A stretch of 64,000 nucleotides of DNA from Octopus vulgaris. Its lineage: Eukaryota. This document shows, in pieces, positions 1 through 12,216 of this stretch (its first letter is position 1; each line of letters begins with the position of its first letter). Made by a program: the position numbers and the translations under genes. The stretch lies in contig OX597823.1 in the NCBI GenBank assembly GCA_951406725.2, positions 63,178,001-63,242,000 on the forward strand, read 5' to 3'. The notes beneath the pieces were generated by a model, which saw only the letters and a list, made by a program, of their open reading frames with translations, did not search any database and was not told the origin of the DNA.

Positions 1-503
1 GGGATTGATCCCTAAACCGTGTTTGCTAAGCAATCTTCTCAACCACACAGCCATACCTGTGCCTAATTTTTCATCTTGATCACTTATATCTCTTTGTTTA
101 AAAAATAAATTACAAAGCTGGTGAATTTTCATTCCTTGCCACACTCTTTCCATTTTATGTCCCCCCTTTCAGTTACATGTGATTATTTTCTAAGTTGGTT
201 ATGGAAATGGCATATATAATTGGTTACATCATTGTGTAATCTATCGACTGATTGAACAGTGTTTGGAATATTAGCATCTTGTTTTTGTTGTTGTTTCTGT
301 TAGATTAGTTGTTTTTCTAACAGCTTTCTTTCGGTATAATTAATTACTTAGTAAAACAGTAGAATACAAGGAATCTTAGTGATGGCCTTGTCTGGCAACA
401 GAAACAATAGAAATAGTTCAAACAGTGAAATAAATCACTTTGGACATATGTCTTTCTTCTGAAGCAGAAAATATCTGGAAGTGCTTTTTGTCCTATTGAG
501 TTG

Positions 504-505
<2 letters not shown>

Positions 506-560
<55 letters not shown>
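506..560. repeat. (GA)n microsatellite
   Basis: Perfect AG run; source of the spurious SLSLSL ORFs. Confidence 0.95.
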
Positions 561-563
<3 letters not shown>

Positions 564-699
564 AGTGTAGTGTACAATGGCAGAGGAAATAAACTTTGAG
601 GGAGGGGTGGTTATTTGTACCAAAATGCAGATCATCTGAACTGATTGAGGGAGTGGAGAGCCAGGCCATGTTATGCCTGACTGTCTCTCTGTCAGTCTG

Positions 700-1140
700 T
701 CATCATCATCATCATTTAATGTCCAGTCTCCATGCTGGCATGGGTTGGCTGGTTTGATATGGAGCTGGCTAGCAGAGAGCTATCTGGACTCCAACTGTCT
801 GTTGTTGGCATGGTTTCTACAGCTAGGTGCCATTCTTAATGCCAACCAGTTGACATTGTGCACAGTACTTTATATGTGTCTCCATCATGGGTGTGTTTAC
901 ACAGCACCGACACAGGTGCATTTACACAGCTCCAACATGGATGTGTTTATGCAGCACCAGCACGGGCGTGTTAATGCAGCACCGGCATGGGTGCTTTTAA
1001 GTGGCACCAGCACCTGGAAGGACAAGCCTGTATGTGTGGAAGACAGCGATTTTACTTAGCTTGGCATGTCTTATCAAGTACAGCAAATCACATCTCGCAG
1101 CCCCCCTTGTCATTTCCTCAGTGAGGCCCAGTGTCCTACA
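700..1140 (-). mobile_element. Degenerate 3' end of RTE-type LINE with (GAT)n tail
   Basis: (CAT)n followed by TTTAATGTCC..CCATGCTGGCATGGGTTGG; reverse complement of the 3' UTR of the RTE at 59081-60470. Confidence 0.7.
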
Positions 1141-1316
1141 TCTGCCCCCCCCCCTACACGCACACAATGCACTCATAACAATTAGTTGAGAAGTAACGGT
1201 AATGTTTCAAAGTAGAGGGTGTTAAGTAGAGGCTGGTGTGTTTTGCCTCTCTGGATTTTATTATTAGCAATAGTAGAAAGGTCGATGGTGGAGGTGGTGG
1301 TATGTTCAGAATGTTG

Positions 1317-1588
1317 TAGTGATTCTCAACCATTTCTTCTTTTCTTTTTTTTTCTTTCCACTTATGGAACCTTCTGATTCCTATTTCACTCTGGAATGAG
1401 TCATAATAGCTATTTGATGTTTTAAAAGATTCTGTGACATTTTTAGAATTAAATATTATTAGGAATTGTAAGATTGCTGAGATATTTTGTGTAATGTAGA
1501 ATTATAATCTATTTATTTTACATAAATTTTAACAAGAAAATCTTATGTGGACCCCCAAAGGTCATATGGACCTCAGTTGAGAACTGTT
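1317..1588. mobile_element. hAT (Charlie/Buster-like) MITE, degenerate
   Basis: Ends TAGTGATTCTCAACC ... GTTGAGAACTG; body matches the copy at 24903-25144. Confidence 0.7.
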
Positions 1589-1869
1589 GTAGAGTATTGC
1601 CTGGAAATTATGAAACATTTTGTAGGAACTCTTATTTCAGTGGGTTGACCAACACTTTATCTTAACATCATTTCTCCCTCCTCTGTGCCTTTTTGTGTGT
1701 TTGTGTGTGTGGTTAGTCATGTGTGCATGTATAGTCAGTTGTGTGTGTGTGTGTGGTTGGCCATATATTTTTGTGTATGTATTTTGGTTGGTTAGTAAGA
1801 CATGTGGCAATCATGTATATATGTGGTGTGCACAACAGTGTAGGCATCTGTACCCTCGTGTACACACAA

Positions 1870-2075
1870 TATCAAAGGGAGGTAAGTGGTTTAGAAGTAG
1901 TAGCCAAAATCTCCCTCAAATTTCACCCTGCCATCTTAAAATAAAACCCAAAAAACATTTGACTGTGTAGTCCTAGGTACACCTTTTGAAGATAGGACTG
2001 AATGATCATAACCAAAGGATTGTTGAACACCGGTCATCTCAAACAGGTCAAGCTTTGGAATAAATAGCATCATCA
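1870..2075 (+). repeat. Unclassified interspersed repeat (GAAATAGCAGCCAAATCTCCCTCAAAT family)
   Basis: Related copies at ~23860-24070 (-), 25150-25400 (+), 32060-32700 (-, split by a SINE) and 36580-36740 (-). Confidence 0.55.
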
Positions 2076-2109
2076 AGAATAAAGAGGATTGGCCGGCAAG
2101 AGTCCAATA

Positions 2110-2350
2110 CTGGTGCCATTTAAAAAGCATTCCTACCAGTGCCACATAAAAATGCTTGTGCTGTTGCCACGTTAAAAGTAATGGTATCCAGCTGTAGAAG
2201 TAGGAATAGAATGGCATCCAGCCATGGAAACCAAGCCAAATCAAACTGGATTCTGGTGCAGCTCTTCTACTTGTGAGCTCTGGTCAAACCGTCCGACCCA
2301 TGCCAGCATGGAAAACAGACATGAAAGGATGATGATGATGATGATGATGA
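2110..2350 (+). mobile_element. RTE 3'-end fragment with (GAT)n tail
   Basis: GGCATCCAGCC..CCCATGCCAGCATGGAAAA..(GAT)n, as at 60330-60470. Confidence 0.75.
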
Positions 2351-2557
2351 ACAACACTTCCACATCAACAGCATCACTATTAATATAGTGACTACCACCA
2401 CCACTACTACATAATAATCACTACACTGTCATCCTCATCAACTTTATTATTGCTAATTATTAACCTGCCAACGGTGGCGAGCTAGCAGAATTGTCACATT
2501 GGACAAACTTCTTAGTGGCATTTCTTCTGGTTCTTTATGCTCTCAGTTCAAATTTTA

Positions 2558-3123
2558 TTGGGTTGTTCGGAAAGTCCGTGCCGGTTTTTAAAGGAAAGAA
2601 AAAGGTCAATAAATACTTGCCATTACATTTTTAATCAGCGAAATATGAACCATTTTGTTGCACAATGCGTCTTCATCTTTCCTTTAACTTGAAAATACCC
2701 TCTTCCCAGAATTGAGGTGGTTTCATGGCAAAGAATTCATCAAGGTATCTTTTTACATCATCCAAGGAATTTTAATTTTTACCAATAAGACTATTCTGCA
2801 GAGACCTGAATAAGTGGAAATCCGAAGGAGCAATATCTGGTGAATATGGAGGGTGGGGTAACACATCCCAGCCAAGCTGCAGCAATTTTTGTCTGGTTCC
2901 CAAAGCATCAAATGCCAAAAATGAACTTTCTTATCTTCCATTTTAAAGGGTTACAGAATTAACACAGATTATAGGAACATAAATCTTCTTCCACGAAAAG
3001 ATAGCTTAAACTGAGCTCTAAATGGAGGTGGAGTCAAATCATATTTTATGGACTCAACCATGTTCTAAAATAAGTCGAAAGGTAAGCTACTATAAATCGG
3101 CACAAACTTTCCAGACAACCCAA
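2558..3123 (-). mobile_element. Internally deleted mariner (DD34D) element nested in a family-B SINE
   Basis: TA TSDs at 2556-2557 and 3124-3125; ~30-bp TIRs TTGGGTTGTTCGGAAAGTCCGTGCCGGTTT / AAATCGGCACAAACTTTCCAGACAACCCAA. The minus strand encodes the mariner N-terminus MEDKKVHFWHLMLWE joined to C-terminal LGWDVLPHPPYSPDIAPSDFHLFRSLQN. Confidence 0.92.
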
Positions 3124-3290
3124 TACTACGGTCAACTTTACCTTCCATTGGGTTGACCACTTGAACACTGAGGTCAATACATTCAACTTACACAACCCTT
3201 AAAAATTGCTGGCTATGTGCCAAAATTAGAAAGAATTATAAATGTACTGTCAGTGATCTAAAATGTCTCTTCTTTTTCTATTTTCCACAG

Positions 3291-3390
3291 GCTGAGGGAA
3301 TCAAGATGGTGTGGAATCTGTAGAACACCATGTATTTGCATTAGGAATATCCCATTAAAACTAGTTCATCATTGTTTTATTACTACTCTG
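3291..3390 (+). other. Putative 5'UTR exon of host gene (100 nt)
   Basis: Strong acceptor TCTCTTCTTTTTCTATTTTCCACAG|G and donor CTG|GTAAGT. Contains uORFs MVWNL* and MYLH*; stops in the frame that would join the next exon. Confidence 0.6.
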
Positions 3391-4307
3391 GTAAGTTTCA
3401 ACCTAATTTTTATTTTTAATATACCTGTACCGATGACACGTAAAAAGCACCATCCGAACATGGCAGATGCCAGCACCGCCTGACTGGCGTCCGTGTCTTC
3501 CAGTTTTTGTTTCATTTTCCCCTCTCCAAGGTGGTGAACTGGCAGAATACATTGCAGCATTTGTTCTGTGTTCAACTCCAAATGAGGACAACTTCCATCG
3601 TTTTGTAACAGAGTTGATTAGTAAAGTATCAATCCAACACAGTGGAGTGACAGAACTGTAAGGACATTGCACAGATAACTTATATTAGGGGATTTTACAT
3701 TCAGAGTACAAATCCTGCTGTTGCCTACTTGGATGGTAGACTTAATCTGTCACCCACTTTAACACTATAATTTGGTACTTTGGGTGCCTTTAGTAGGATC
3801 CACTTTGTTGCAAGCATTCAGGTCTCCAGTTTGGGGAATACTTTCTTCCTTCTTTCCTTGCCATCAGTCTTGGTGGCTCTGTGAAAGGTCATGGGCACTG
3901 CACTGCCTTCTGTCCTGACTAGAAGATTTTTAAAAAACTGTACATTTTTTCCTTTAATCCTTTTGGTACCAACCTGCCTGAGACCACATGTGGTTGTATC
4001 ATGCTAATCTATTTTAAAGTGATCTAAATTGAATCTGTCTATCAAAATTTCATGTATATTTCCATTCCAAACACCACCTTAATAATGACAAAATTATTTT
4101 GCTAAGTTCTTCTTTATTTCCAAAACTATTTGAAGTAACAGCAGTATATTTCAGCAGAAATATGGTAACAAGAATTAAATACTGCATTCACACAAAGTTT
4201 ATATGAAATTTTACAACTAGGGAAGTCCACAGAAAAGGCAGTGAAATGAAAAACAAAACACAAAAGTCAGTATATAACAACAGAACAAGGTATGGAAAAA
4301 CAGACTT

Positions 4308-4532
4308 CAACTCTAGCATTTAAACCTGATATATCTGGCCCAAATATTTTATCTATTTTGTGTTCAAACCAGTCTGTCTGGTTTCTCATGCCTAAACCTT
4401 CAGCACCATTTTAAAAATAAAGTCACATCACTGAAATCTCAGTGATAATGCTTGATTAATTAATTATGTATGATTAATTTAAAAGAATGTGAATAAATAA
4501 ACATATTAGACAATGATCTCGTTGCTGAAGGT
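4308..4532. mobile_element. TTAA-type MITE family E (CCCTTTAGCATT ends), degenerate
   Basis: Body matches 26699-26918 in reverse; ends at the TTAA at 4533-4536. Confidence 0.65.
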
Positions 4533-4536
4533 TTAA

Positions 4537-4741
4537 CCCTTTCGTTACCAACCCGGCTGAAACCGGCTCTGGCTCTTTAGTAAAATTTCTGAATTAAAAT
4601 CATCCACCAAACCTTAGTCACAATTTATGTTCCTAACACTAGCTTAATGATAACTAAGTTATTTTACTAAATTCTTTGTTATAATCAAAATTAATTGAAA
4701 GAAACACAGAGCATCTCAAAATAAATACAGTAACGAAAGGG
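4537..4741. mobile_element. piggyBac-like MITE family D
   Basis: TTAA TSDs (4533-4536, 4742-4745); perfect 12-bp TIR CCCTTTCGTTAC/GTAACGAAAGGG; near-identical reverse copy at 25412-25633. Older copies at ~3955-4180, 18355-18573, 18940-19162 and 38076-38285. Confidence 0.9.
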
Positions 4742-5121
4742 TTAAACAAACGAACAAACAAGTTCAATTTCTCTTAGGCATAGTCTGAATATAGCAATTA
4801 AAGAAAAGTTAGGAGGGTTAAAGGTCAAATCAAGGCTTGAAGGTTTTTTCACTAATTGCTTGATCAATCTCTACATGTTGTCCAGCAGAAAGTAAGTTGT
4901 AACCTCGTGTGGGAGAAAGGGTATATATGAGAACAGGTATGGAGATTATGGACTCTCTGATACAGCATCCTCTTGGTGTGTTGCTTGGGAGTTTGGGCCC
5001 ATCTATAGAAGTTTGGTGGTGAGCATTTGCTGAGAAACCTTACTTACCAACCATCAGTATTTTGTTCAGATAAACCAGAACAAGCAGAGTTAGGTGTTGT
5101 GATTAATGCAGAGTCTAAAGC

Positions 5122-5890
5122 AGAGATTTTCAACCAATTTTTGCCTGCGGACCTCTTTGGTTCCTATTTTACTCTACTGGACCCTCATAGCCATTTGATG
5201 TTTAAAAGCATCCCATTATATTTTTATAATTAAACTAGCAGTATCGCCCGGCGTTGCTCGGGTTTGTAAGGGAAATAACTATATAAGCATTTTTAGAGAG
5301 TTACTTCCTTTATAGATGCCAATTCGGGCTTTCTTAGCCATTTCTGTTTTGGTGTCTTCAAGCCATGAAGTCGTTGTTCTAAAAGAACACTGGTCTCCTT
5401 GACAACGCATTACGACGTTGATTTCTTTACACTCCCTTCCCCACAGCTTCACGAGGGAGGGAAGGGGGAGAAGCAAACAGGTGCAGCTGTGAGCGTGGAC
5501 GCCAACTCCGCCGCCATCGACACACGAAAAATTATGCATTAAAATGGAATAAAAAATGATGTTAAATTATTTTTTAAATCGTATACTCATCGTTGACGCG
5601 CGCTAATAGCCAGACGGGCTCGATATGGATCACGACTATAAGATACCCAAATTTGGTTAAACTGCACCGCAAAATGTGGGAGGAGTTAGGAATCTAAATC
5701 GAAGGGGACAGACACTCACACAACTAGAGTTTTATATATATAGATATTATTAGGAATTGTATATAAAAAAGTTGTCAAAACATTTTGTGTATTGTAGAAG
5801 TATAACTAGTTAGTTTGCTGATAAATTTTAACACTGGAATCTTATGTGGATCCCCAAGAGCCATATGGACCCCAGTTGAGAACTAATGGT
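5122..5890. mobile_element. hAT-type MITE split by a Helitron
   Basis: GATTTTCAACC...GTTGAGAACTAATG ends; removing 5235-5744 restores AATTAAA|TATTATTAGGAATTGTA as seen at 1448-1470. Confidence 0.8.
5235..5744 (-). mobile_element. Non-autonomous Helitron
   Basis: On the minus strand: 5' TC (TCTATATATATAAAACT), 3' CTAG preceded by GC hairpin CCCGAGCAACGCCGGG; inserted between A and T with no TSD. Confidence 0.9.
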
Positions 5891-6861
5891 GTAAAGGATA
5901 AGTCACATTAGAGGTAAGAGGAGAGATGATTGTATTTGGAAAAAGGTGTCTGATTAGAGTTGGTATACAACTAATCAGTTCAGTAGGGTAAAAGCTGTTG
6001 TGGCAGTGTAATAAAGTAGATAGAAAGAAGGGACAGTGCATCTGTGGGCCACTGGTATAGTGAGTTGTTGGTTGTGTCTTTTTACCAATCAGTCAGTAGG
6101 CCCTTTGGATGCAGTCTAGTGTGTGTGTGTGTAGCAGTAGCACTAGCATTATTCCTAATGTGGAAACAAGCAGTACATTAATTTTTCTTGAGCTTTATAT
6201 AGGGCCAGCAGTTGATCAGAGTTAAGTATTATTTGACTCAGAAGAGAAAGACCAGTGTTTTAAGATGCTGTTTGAACCATGTTATGGTTGTGTGTAGTGT
6301 TATTAGTGTAGGTGGTGGGTGAGTGTTATTTCTCCGACATCTTAGTCTCAAGACCATTGTGTCAGTGAAAATCATCATTGTCCATTTGTTTTTCTATACT
6401 GGTGTGGGTTGGATGGGTCTGTTCCAGCACAGCACTTCACCACTGTTTGTGACCCTTCATCATCTCTTTTGTGAAGTCTAGCACTGAAGGAGTGAACCTC
6501 ATCACTTTTTAGCTATGTTTTCCTCAATCTCGCTCTTCCAGTGACTCCTTTCACTCAGATTAGTCATCAGTCCTGTTGAAGCAGCTCTTTTTTTTTGCTT
6601 TGAATATACCATGTGGATGGTGGACTTAATCCATTTCATTGTTTGACACCACTGTCTGGTCTTTGGGTGTCTTTTGCAAACATTAGGGTCTGGGGATAAT
6701 TTTCTCGCTTTCTCCTACCAAGTTATAAACTTGACAGATAGCTGGGTATTTCCTCCTCCAAAAAGGTCATTAAAAAAATGGGATATTTTTCTGTGGTTTT
6801 TTTTCCTTTATGGCTACAGCCCTGAACCCTTTGACTGCCTATTTCTAGTAATAACTTAGTG

Positions 6862-7185
6862 CAAGTGTGTGGCTTAGTGGTTAGGGTATTCAGCTCAAGA
6901 TTGTAAGGTTGTGAGTTCAATTCCTGGCGACACGTTGTGTCCTTGAGCAAGACACTTCATTTCATGTTGCTCCAGTCCATTCAACTGGAAAAAATAACTT
7001 GTACTTGTAATTGAAAAGGCCAGCCTTGTCACATTTTGTGTCCTGCTGAATCTCCATGAGAACTACTTGTAGGTTACGTGTGTCTGTGGAGTGCTCAGCC
7101 ACTTTCATGTTAATTTCATGTGCAAGCTGTTCTTTTGATCTGATCAGCTGGAATACTCTTTTTCATAACCAACAGAGTGCCAGTT
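6862..7185 (+). mobile_element. tRNA-derived SINE family C (variant)
   Basis: A box TGGCTTAGTGG, B box GTTCAATTCC, then CCTTGAGCAAGACACTT; 5' half shared with 30994-31332. Confidence 0.75.
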
Positions 7186-7667
7186 GAATAGAAATCACTT
7201 GGTTTTTATTTTATAGTGATACCTAAAAAAGAAATTACAATAATAATAACCTCCCCACCCTTGATATTGTTGTTTGAAGAGGGATGGATATTTAGTGTTA
7301 TGTTCCAGGTACATTGTTGTTTTTATGAATAAAATTTATGATCGAGACTTTGAAAGAATAGCCATTTTGAATTGTCAAGAAGCTGCTTCTTCACTTAGGC
7401 ATGTCATAGTCTTATGATTGGTTCAGTGTTTGCTTAATGTTTGTAAACAATAGTTTGTTTCATTTTCAAGATAAACATCAAAGTGATTATTGATTTTATA
7501 TATATATATATAATCAGCTGATATTGTAAGGATGATCCGGTTCTTGACTGAGGATAAAAGGCTTCGACTGGCCCGTCCTTGTTTTTTTGTATCGTCTATC
7601 TGGATGTTTTGTTGTCCTTTTTTGTCCAGATGTTTTGCGTTCTTGTCCCATTTTGTATTTTATTTTA

Positions 7668-7717
<50 letters not shown>

Positions 7718-8411
7718 TATATGTGTGTGTAGGCAGATAGATTGATAGATCTATTATTCTGTTCATGATAGACAAATGGTCAACAGAAAAATGTAGATAA
7801 TTTTATCCAACAATTCATTAAGTGTTTATACTGCGTAGTTTTCTCTCCACTCTTAGGAGGCACAAGCACTTATGCATGTACATAGAGATGGGAACTTCCA
7901 CCTAGTCCAAGTGAGGTATGGAAAACACTACCTCACTAGGAAACAGATGGGTGTTGGTGACATGCAGGGCATCTGGCTGTGGAAAACCTGCCACACAAAT
8001 AGTGTTGCACAGTAGTAGAATTAGATATCCTTATATGGCATACACTTAGGAAATAGTTCTTAAAAGCATGTAGGTTAAGATGATGAGAGAAATTCTACCT
8101 GGTTGATATTCCTAGCAGCTGAATCTCATTCAAATCATACACTATCAGAGTAGTTTACAATTTTCTTTTTCTACTTTGTGGTACACTGGACATCAAGTAT
8201 AGAATTTACTAACACACTTTGTATGAGAAAGTTTAAAACAATAAAACAAAATGTTTTACAATTAGATAAAAAAAAAGAATATAGAAAACTATTGCTTAAC
8301 TTAATTTATTAATCATACTTGCATATAACAAAAGTTTTCCAGATGTGTAAACATCAAACATTATTAAGGATTTTCCAAAGCCTTATATATATACACACAC
8401 ACACATACACA

Positions 8412-10472
8412 CTAGCAGGTATACCTGGCGTTGCCCGGGTACATTATTTCGAAAAGGCTTTGAAACTAATAAAGCGATTATCACCCCCCTCTCTTAAACA
8501 CTTTTCATACTTTATGGCATGACTACCACCTACGTAATTCTTTAGGGGAACCGGACATGTAAATATTACGACAACAATCAAGTGAAAAAATAAAGCAACA
8601 AAAGTTATAATAGCAATAACGTAGGACTGAAATATGGCGCCAATACGGCAAGTCTACAAAACTTCCTTATAAACAGCATTTTTAGTTTTCCCCTGGGGGA
8701 TGAAGGCATGTAAACTGTTCCTACAACCCACTCTTTAGCAGCCAATGTACAGTTGACAGTGTGAAAAGCATGATTTGGCTAAGAAAGTTCAATGACAGAC
8801 AGCGACTGCCCCTGGGACTTATTAATGGACATGGCGTAACTGAGTCTAATCGGAAACTGCATTCTCTGGAATGTGAATGGTAAGTCAGCAGCCGAAGACA
8901 TAAGGGGAATTTGTGGTATGAAGACGTCTTGACCTTTACTACAGATGGTCATAATCGTTACTTCAATGACATTGGGAAGTAATTTTGTGATAACAAGGCG
9001 TGTACTGTTGCACAACCTTGGTGGATTTAAATTCCTTATCAACATAACAGGGCTACCTACTTTAAGAGTAAGAATATGTGAAGGTACACCTGAAGGCTCC
9101 AAGGAATTCAAAAATTCAGTGGTGTAATCAACTACCTCATCCTGATTGGGAATGGTGTCTACTGACTTATAGACTGTCACGTCCCCAGGCAAATGCAGTA
9201 AAAGACTGTTGTTGATTGCACTGACCGCCACATTTTTAAGAGCCAAAATGGCTCTTTGGCAAATCCAATCTAGATCTCTGTTGTGGACTTCTAGGCCTGG
9301 GAAGACTTGGTCCTGAAGACTCTGGATAGTACTGGCTATTGTGCAAATGTTACTTATGTCAACATCTTCATTTCCATCTTCTGGAACTTCACCATTGCCA
9401 AGAAGGAGAATGTCCTTTGCAAAATCTTCTGGCAATGGATCCTCATGAAGGCGTGCTCTCATGTTGGATTCTAACTTTAAAGTAACATGGCTCTATAGAG
9501 GTGAAGACTTAAGACACGTCATTACTTCATTTACCCTTGTGCTTTTTGGAATCACTGGCAAGTTTTGTCTAAAGTCCCCAGATAGCAAGACAGTGCCCCC
9601 CACCATTGGTTTGTGGCTTTCCTTTATGTCATGCAAAGTTCTATCTAATACCTCAAGGGCACCCTTGTGAGCCATTGTGCATTCATCTCAAACAATCAGG
9701 TGGCATTGTGTGAGCAATTGCCCGTTGTCCAACATCTTTGAAATGTTGCAAACAGGCATTGGTGAACTTGCGAGGTTAAGGGGAAGCTTAAATGTAGAGT
9801 GTGCAGTCCTACCACCAGGGAACAGAGTAGCAGCTATGCCTGAAGTTTCCACAGCTATTGCGATGCACTTTTGTAGCCTTACTTTTGCAAGAACGAGTCT
9901 AGTTACGAATGTTTTGCCTGTCCCGCCAGGAGCTTTAAGGAAGAAAACGCCACCTTTACGATCCTGGACTTGCTGAACAATAGTGTCATAGGTGTGCTTC
10001 TGGTCAGGTAGCAGGAGTGCCTCAGTGATCTGTACATATGCAGATAGTTCAGTAATGTCGTAAGATGTTTCCCGAACAATCTCAGAAGGGAGATCATTTG
10101 AGGTAGGCTTTGCAGTGAGGGGAATCCTGTAAGTAATCATTACGTCAACACCTAAAGCTAAAGTCTTGTTTTCAATCTCAATCAGTGCTAAGTTTTGTAT
10201 TGTTTCATTTTTACCAAATAATTTACGAAGGAGGGAATGGGTTATTTCCCTTGGAAGGTTAAAAATAATTACGCCCGCCATTCAACCATGCCCTCATGTT
10301 GTTCCTCTGCCGTTTACCCAAACATTTTTTCAAAATCAATTTATACTTAAAACCTCCCCGGACACATAAGCAATGTCCATGTGAAGTTTAAGAAAAATCA
10401 GTTGAGCTGTTTTGGCGCAAAACGAGGACATACCGATACACAGACAGACATTTTCAGTTTTAATATGTAAGA
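8412..10472 (-). mobile_element. Internally deleted Helitron carrying the helicase half of RepHel
   Basis: 5' TC (TCTTACATATTAAAACTG at 10472); 3' CTAG (8412-8415) with hairpin ACCCGGGCAACGCCAGGT; A|T insertion; no Rep/HUH domain visible. Confidence 0.9.
8654..10230 (-). pseudogene. Pif1-family helicase of Helitron RepHel, disrupted
   Basis: Walker A APGGTGKT, GGRTAHS, IV*DECTM, LSGDFRQ, LIRNLNP, QFPIRLSYAMSINKSQGQSL and terminal KTKNAVYKEVL*. ORFs 9688-10281, 9493-9675 and 8779-9462 share one frame broken by stops; frameshift near 8790. Confidence 0.93.
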
Positions 10473-12216
10473 TATATATATATATACATATATATATTTT
10501 AAAGTCCATAATGCACTGTTTGAGAACTAATCTACCATCATGATAAAGAGATAAAAACTTTAAAAGAATGTAATCCTGACTGAAGATGGATAGGACTTTT
10601 ATGGTTAAAATATCAGCATTGATGTGTGATGACACAACATTGGTTAGAAACCATTTTATTTCTTGGGTTGCATTTACTTTTCAACTGATCTTATCTAGAA
10701 TTGTATGAAATTGGGACAAGAGTAATTACATCCTAGTAGTGATTATAGCTATTAAAGCACTGCTGGATATGAATCTGTATACAAAAGCAGTCCTTGTAAA
10801 AATACAATATAACATATTTATTTACACTACAATGTATAATATGCTAACAGCTGTATACACATCTTGAGTTTTGGACTCTTGCGGAAGTCACCTGATCATC
10901 TGAGATCAAACTGATTAAAACATAATGTAGATGTAAATATTGTGTGTGTGTGTGTGTGTACATTCCATCCCTAAATATGGCATGAATAAATTGTTGAAAA
11001 ACTAAAATTATTCACACATTTCAAATATTTAGAGAGGTTTTTAGACAATAAAAAGTCACGGAAAAAGCCAGGCTTTGTAACCTACAGGATACCATCACAC
11101 TGAGACATCAGAAAACGCTTTAGTGTCATGTGCTATCCATGCCCACAAAACGACCAGTGAGTGTCTCTCTCTCTCTGAGATGGAACTAGAGTGGGACATA
11201 GGAAGCAAGGCAGATCTGTTATGCCCTGATTGAGGACTGAGAAAGAAGAGCCTTGTAGCCTGGCCTTGAAGCAAGCTCATAGCTCATGACTTCACTTGTG
11301 ACTATGCTTGGTGCAGATCTTGCTACATAATGTTCTATGCGGGGTGGAAGAAACTAAGCCTCAAAATTGTATGAGAGAGGACACAGTTGATTGAACTAGT
11401 AGTTCTTCAGTATATTTTTTGAGATTTGATCACCTATCCACTCACATGGAAATAAAAATTTCGCCCTTGTTTTGTACAAGGGTTTGCTATACATCTTTGT
11501 ATGATAAAAGGGTGCATTGTATAAGATGGAATACAAATTTAACCCCATTTTACTTTCCTTTAATTTTTTTTTTTTTTTGATATTGACAAGACCAGCAATT
11601 TAAGAAGAGTGAGCTGTAGTAAACTGAATCAATTCAGTTAATTACTGATACTGAGATTTAAAAATAGAATGCAAAGGAATGGAAATATATGGTGCAAAGT
11701 GCTTATGCTAGAGACTCTGATTCTACACTGAATTGTTAGAGCATCTGACAGTATGCCTTGCAGTATTTGTTCCCTCAGATATTGGGTACAATATAATCGG
11801 TTTTTTTTTCAAACCAAATTGTACACCTTGTGTCTAAGTTCAGAATGGTTATTGTTATTATTGACAGTAGGTGGTGAGCTGGCTGAATCATTAGAGCATT
11901 AGAAAAATGCCATGTGATATTTGTTGTACTAAGCACTCTTGTTAGTACTCTTGCTTTTCATTGTATTAAGCACTCTTGAGTTTAAAGACTCTAAGGTCAG
12001 CTTTGCCTTTTAATCCATCTAAAGATGATAAAGTAGCAGTCTGATATAGGAATCAGTCATTGATTGCACTACCCTTCCCTTAAAATTGTTAGCTTTGTAC
12101 ATAAACTATGAACAGGTCATGTTGGGCAGTGTCTTCTAATATAGTCCCGGGTTGAGCAAAGCGTTGTGAATGGATTTGGTAGATGGAAGCTGTAAGAAGC
12201 TCATCATACATATTGT

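Noticed and set aside
11284-11310. Partial match to miR-153 (GCATAGTCACAA, minus strand)
   Set aside because: The 5' end and seed do not match and no precursor hairpin was seen.
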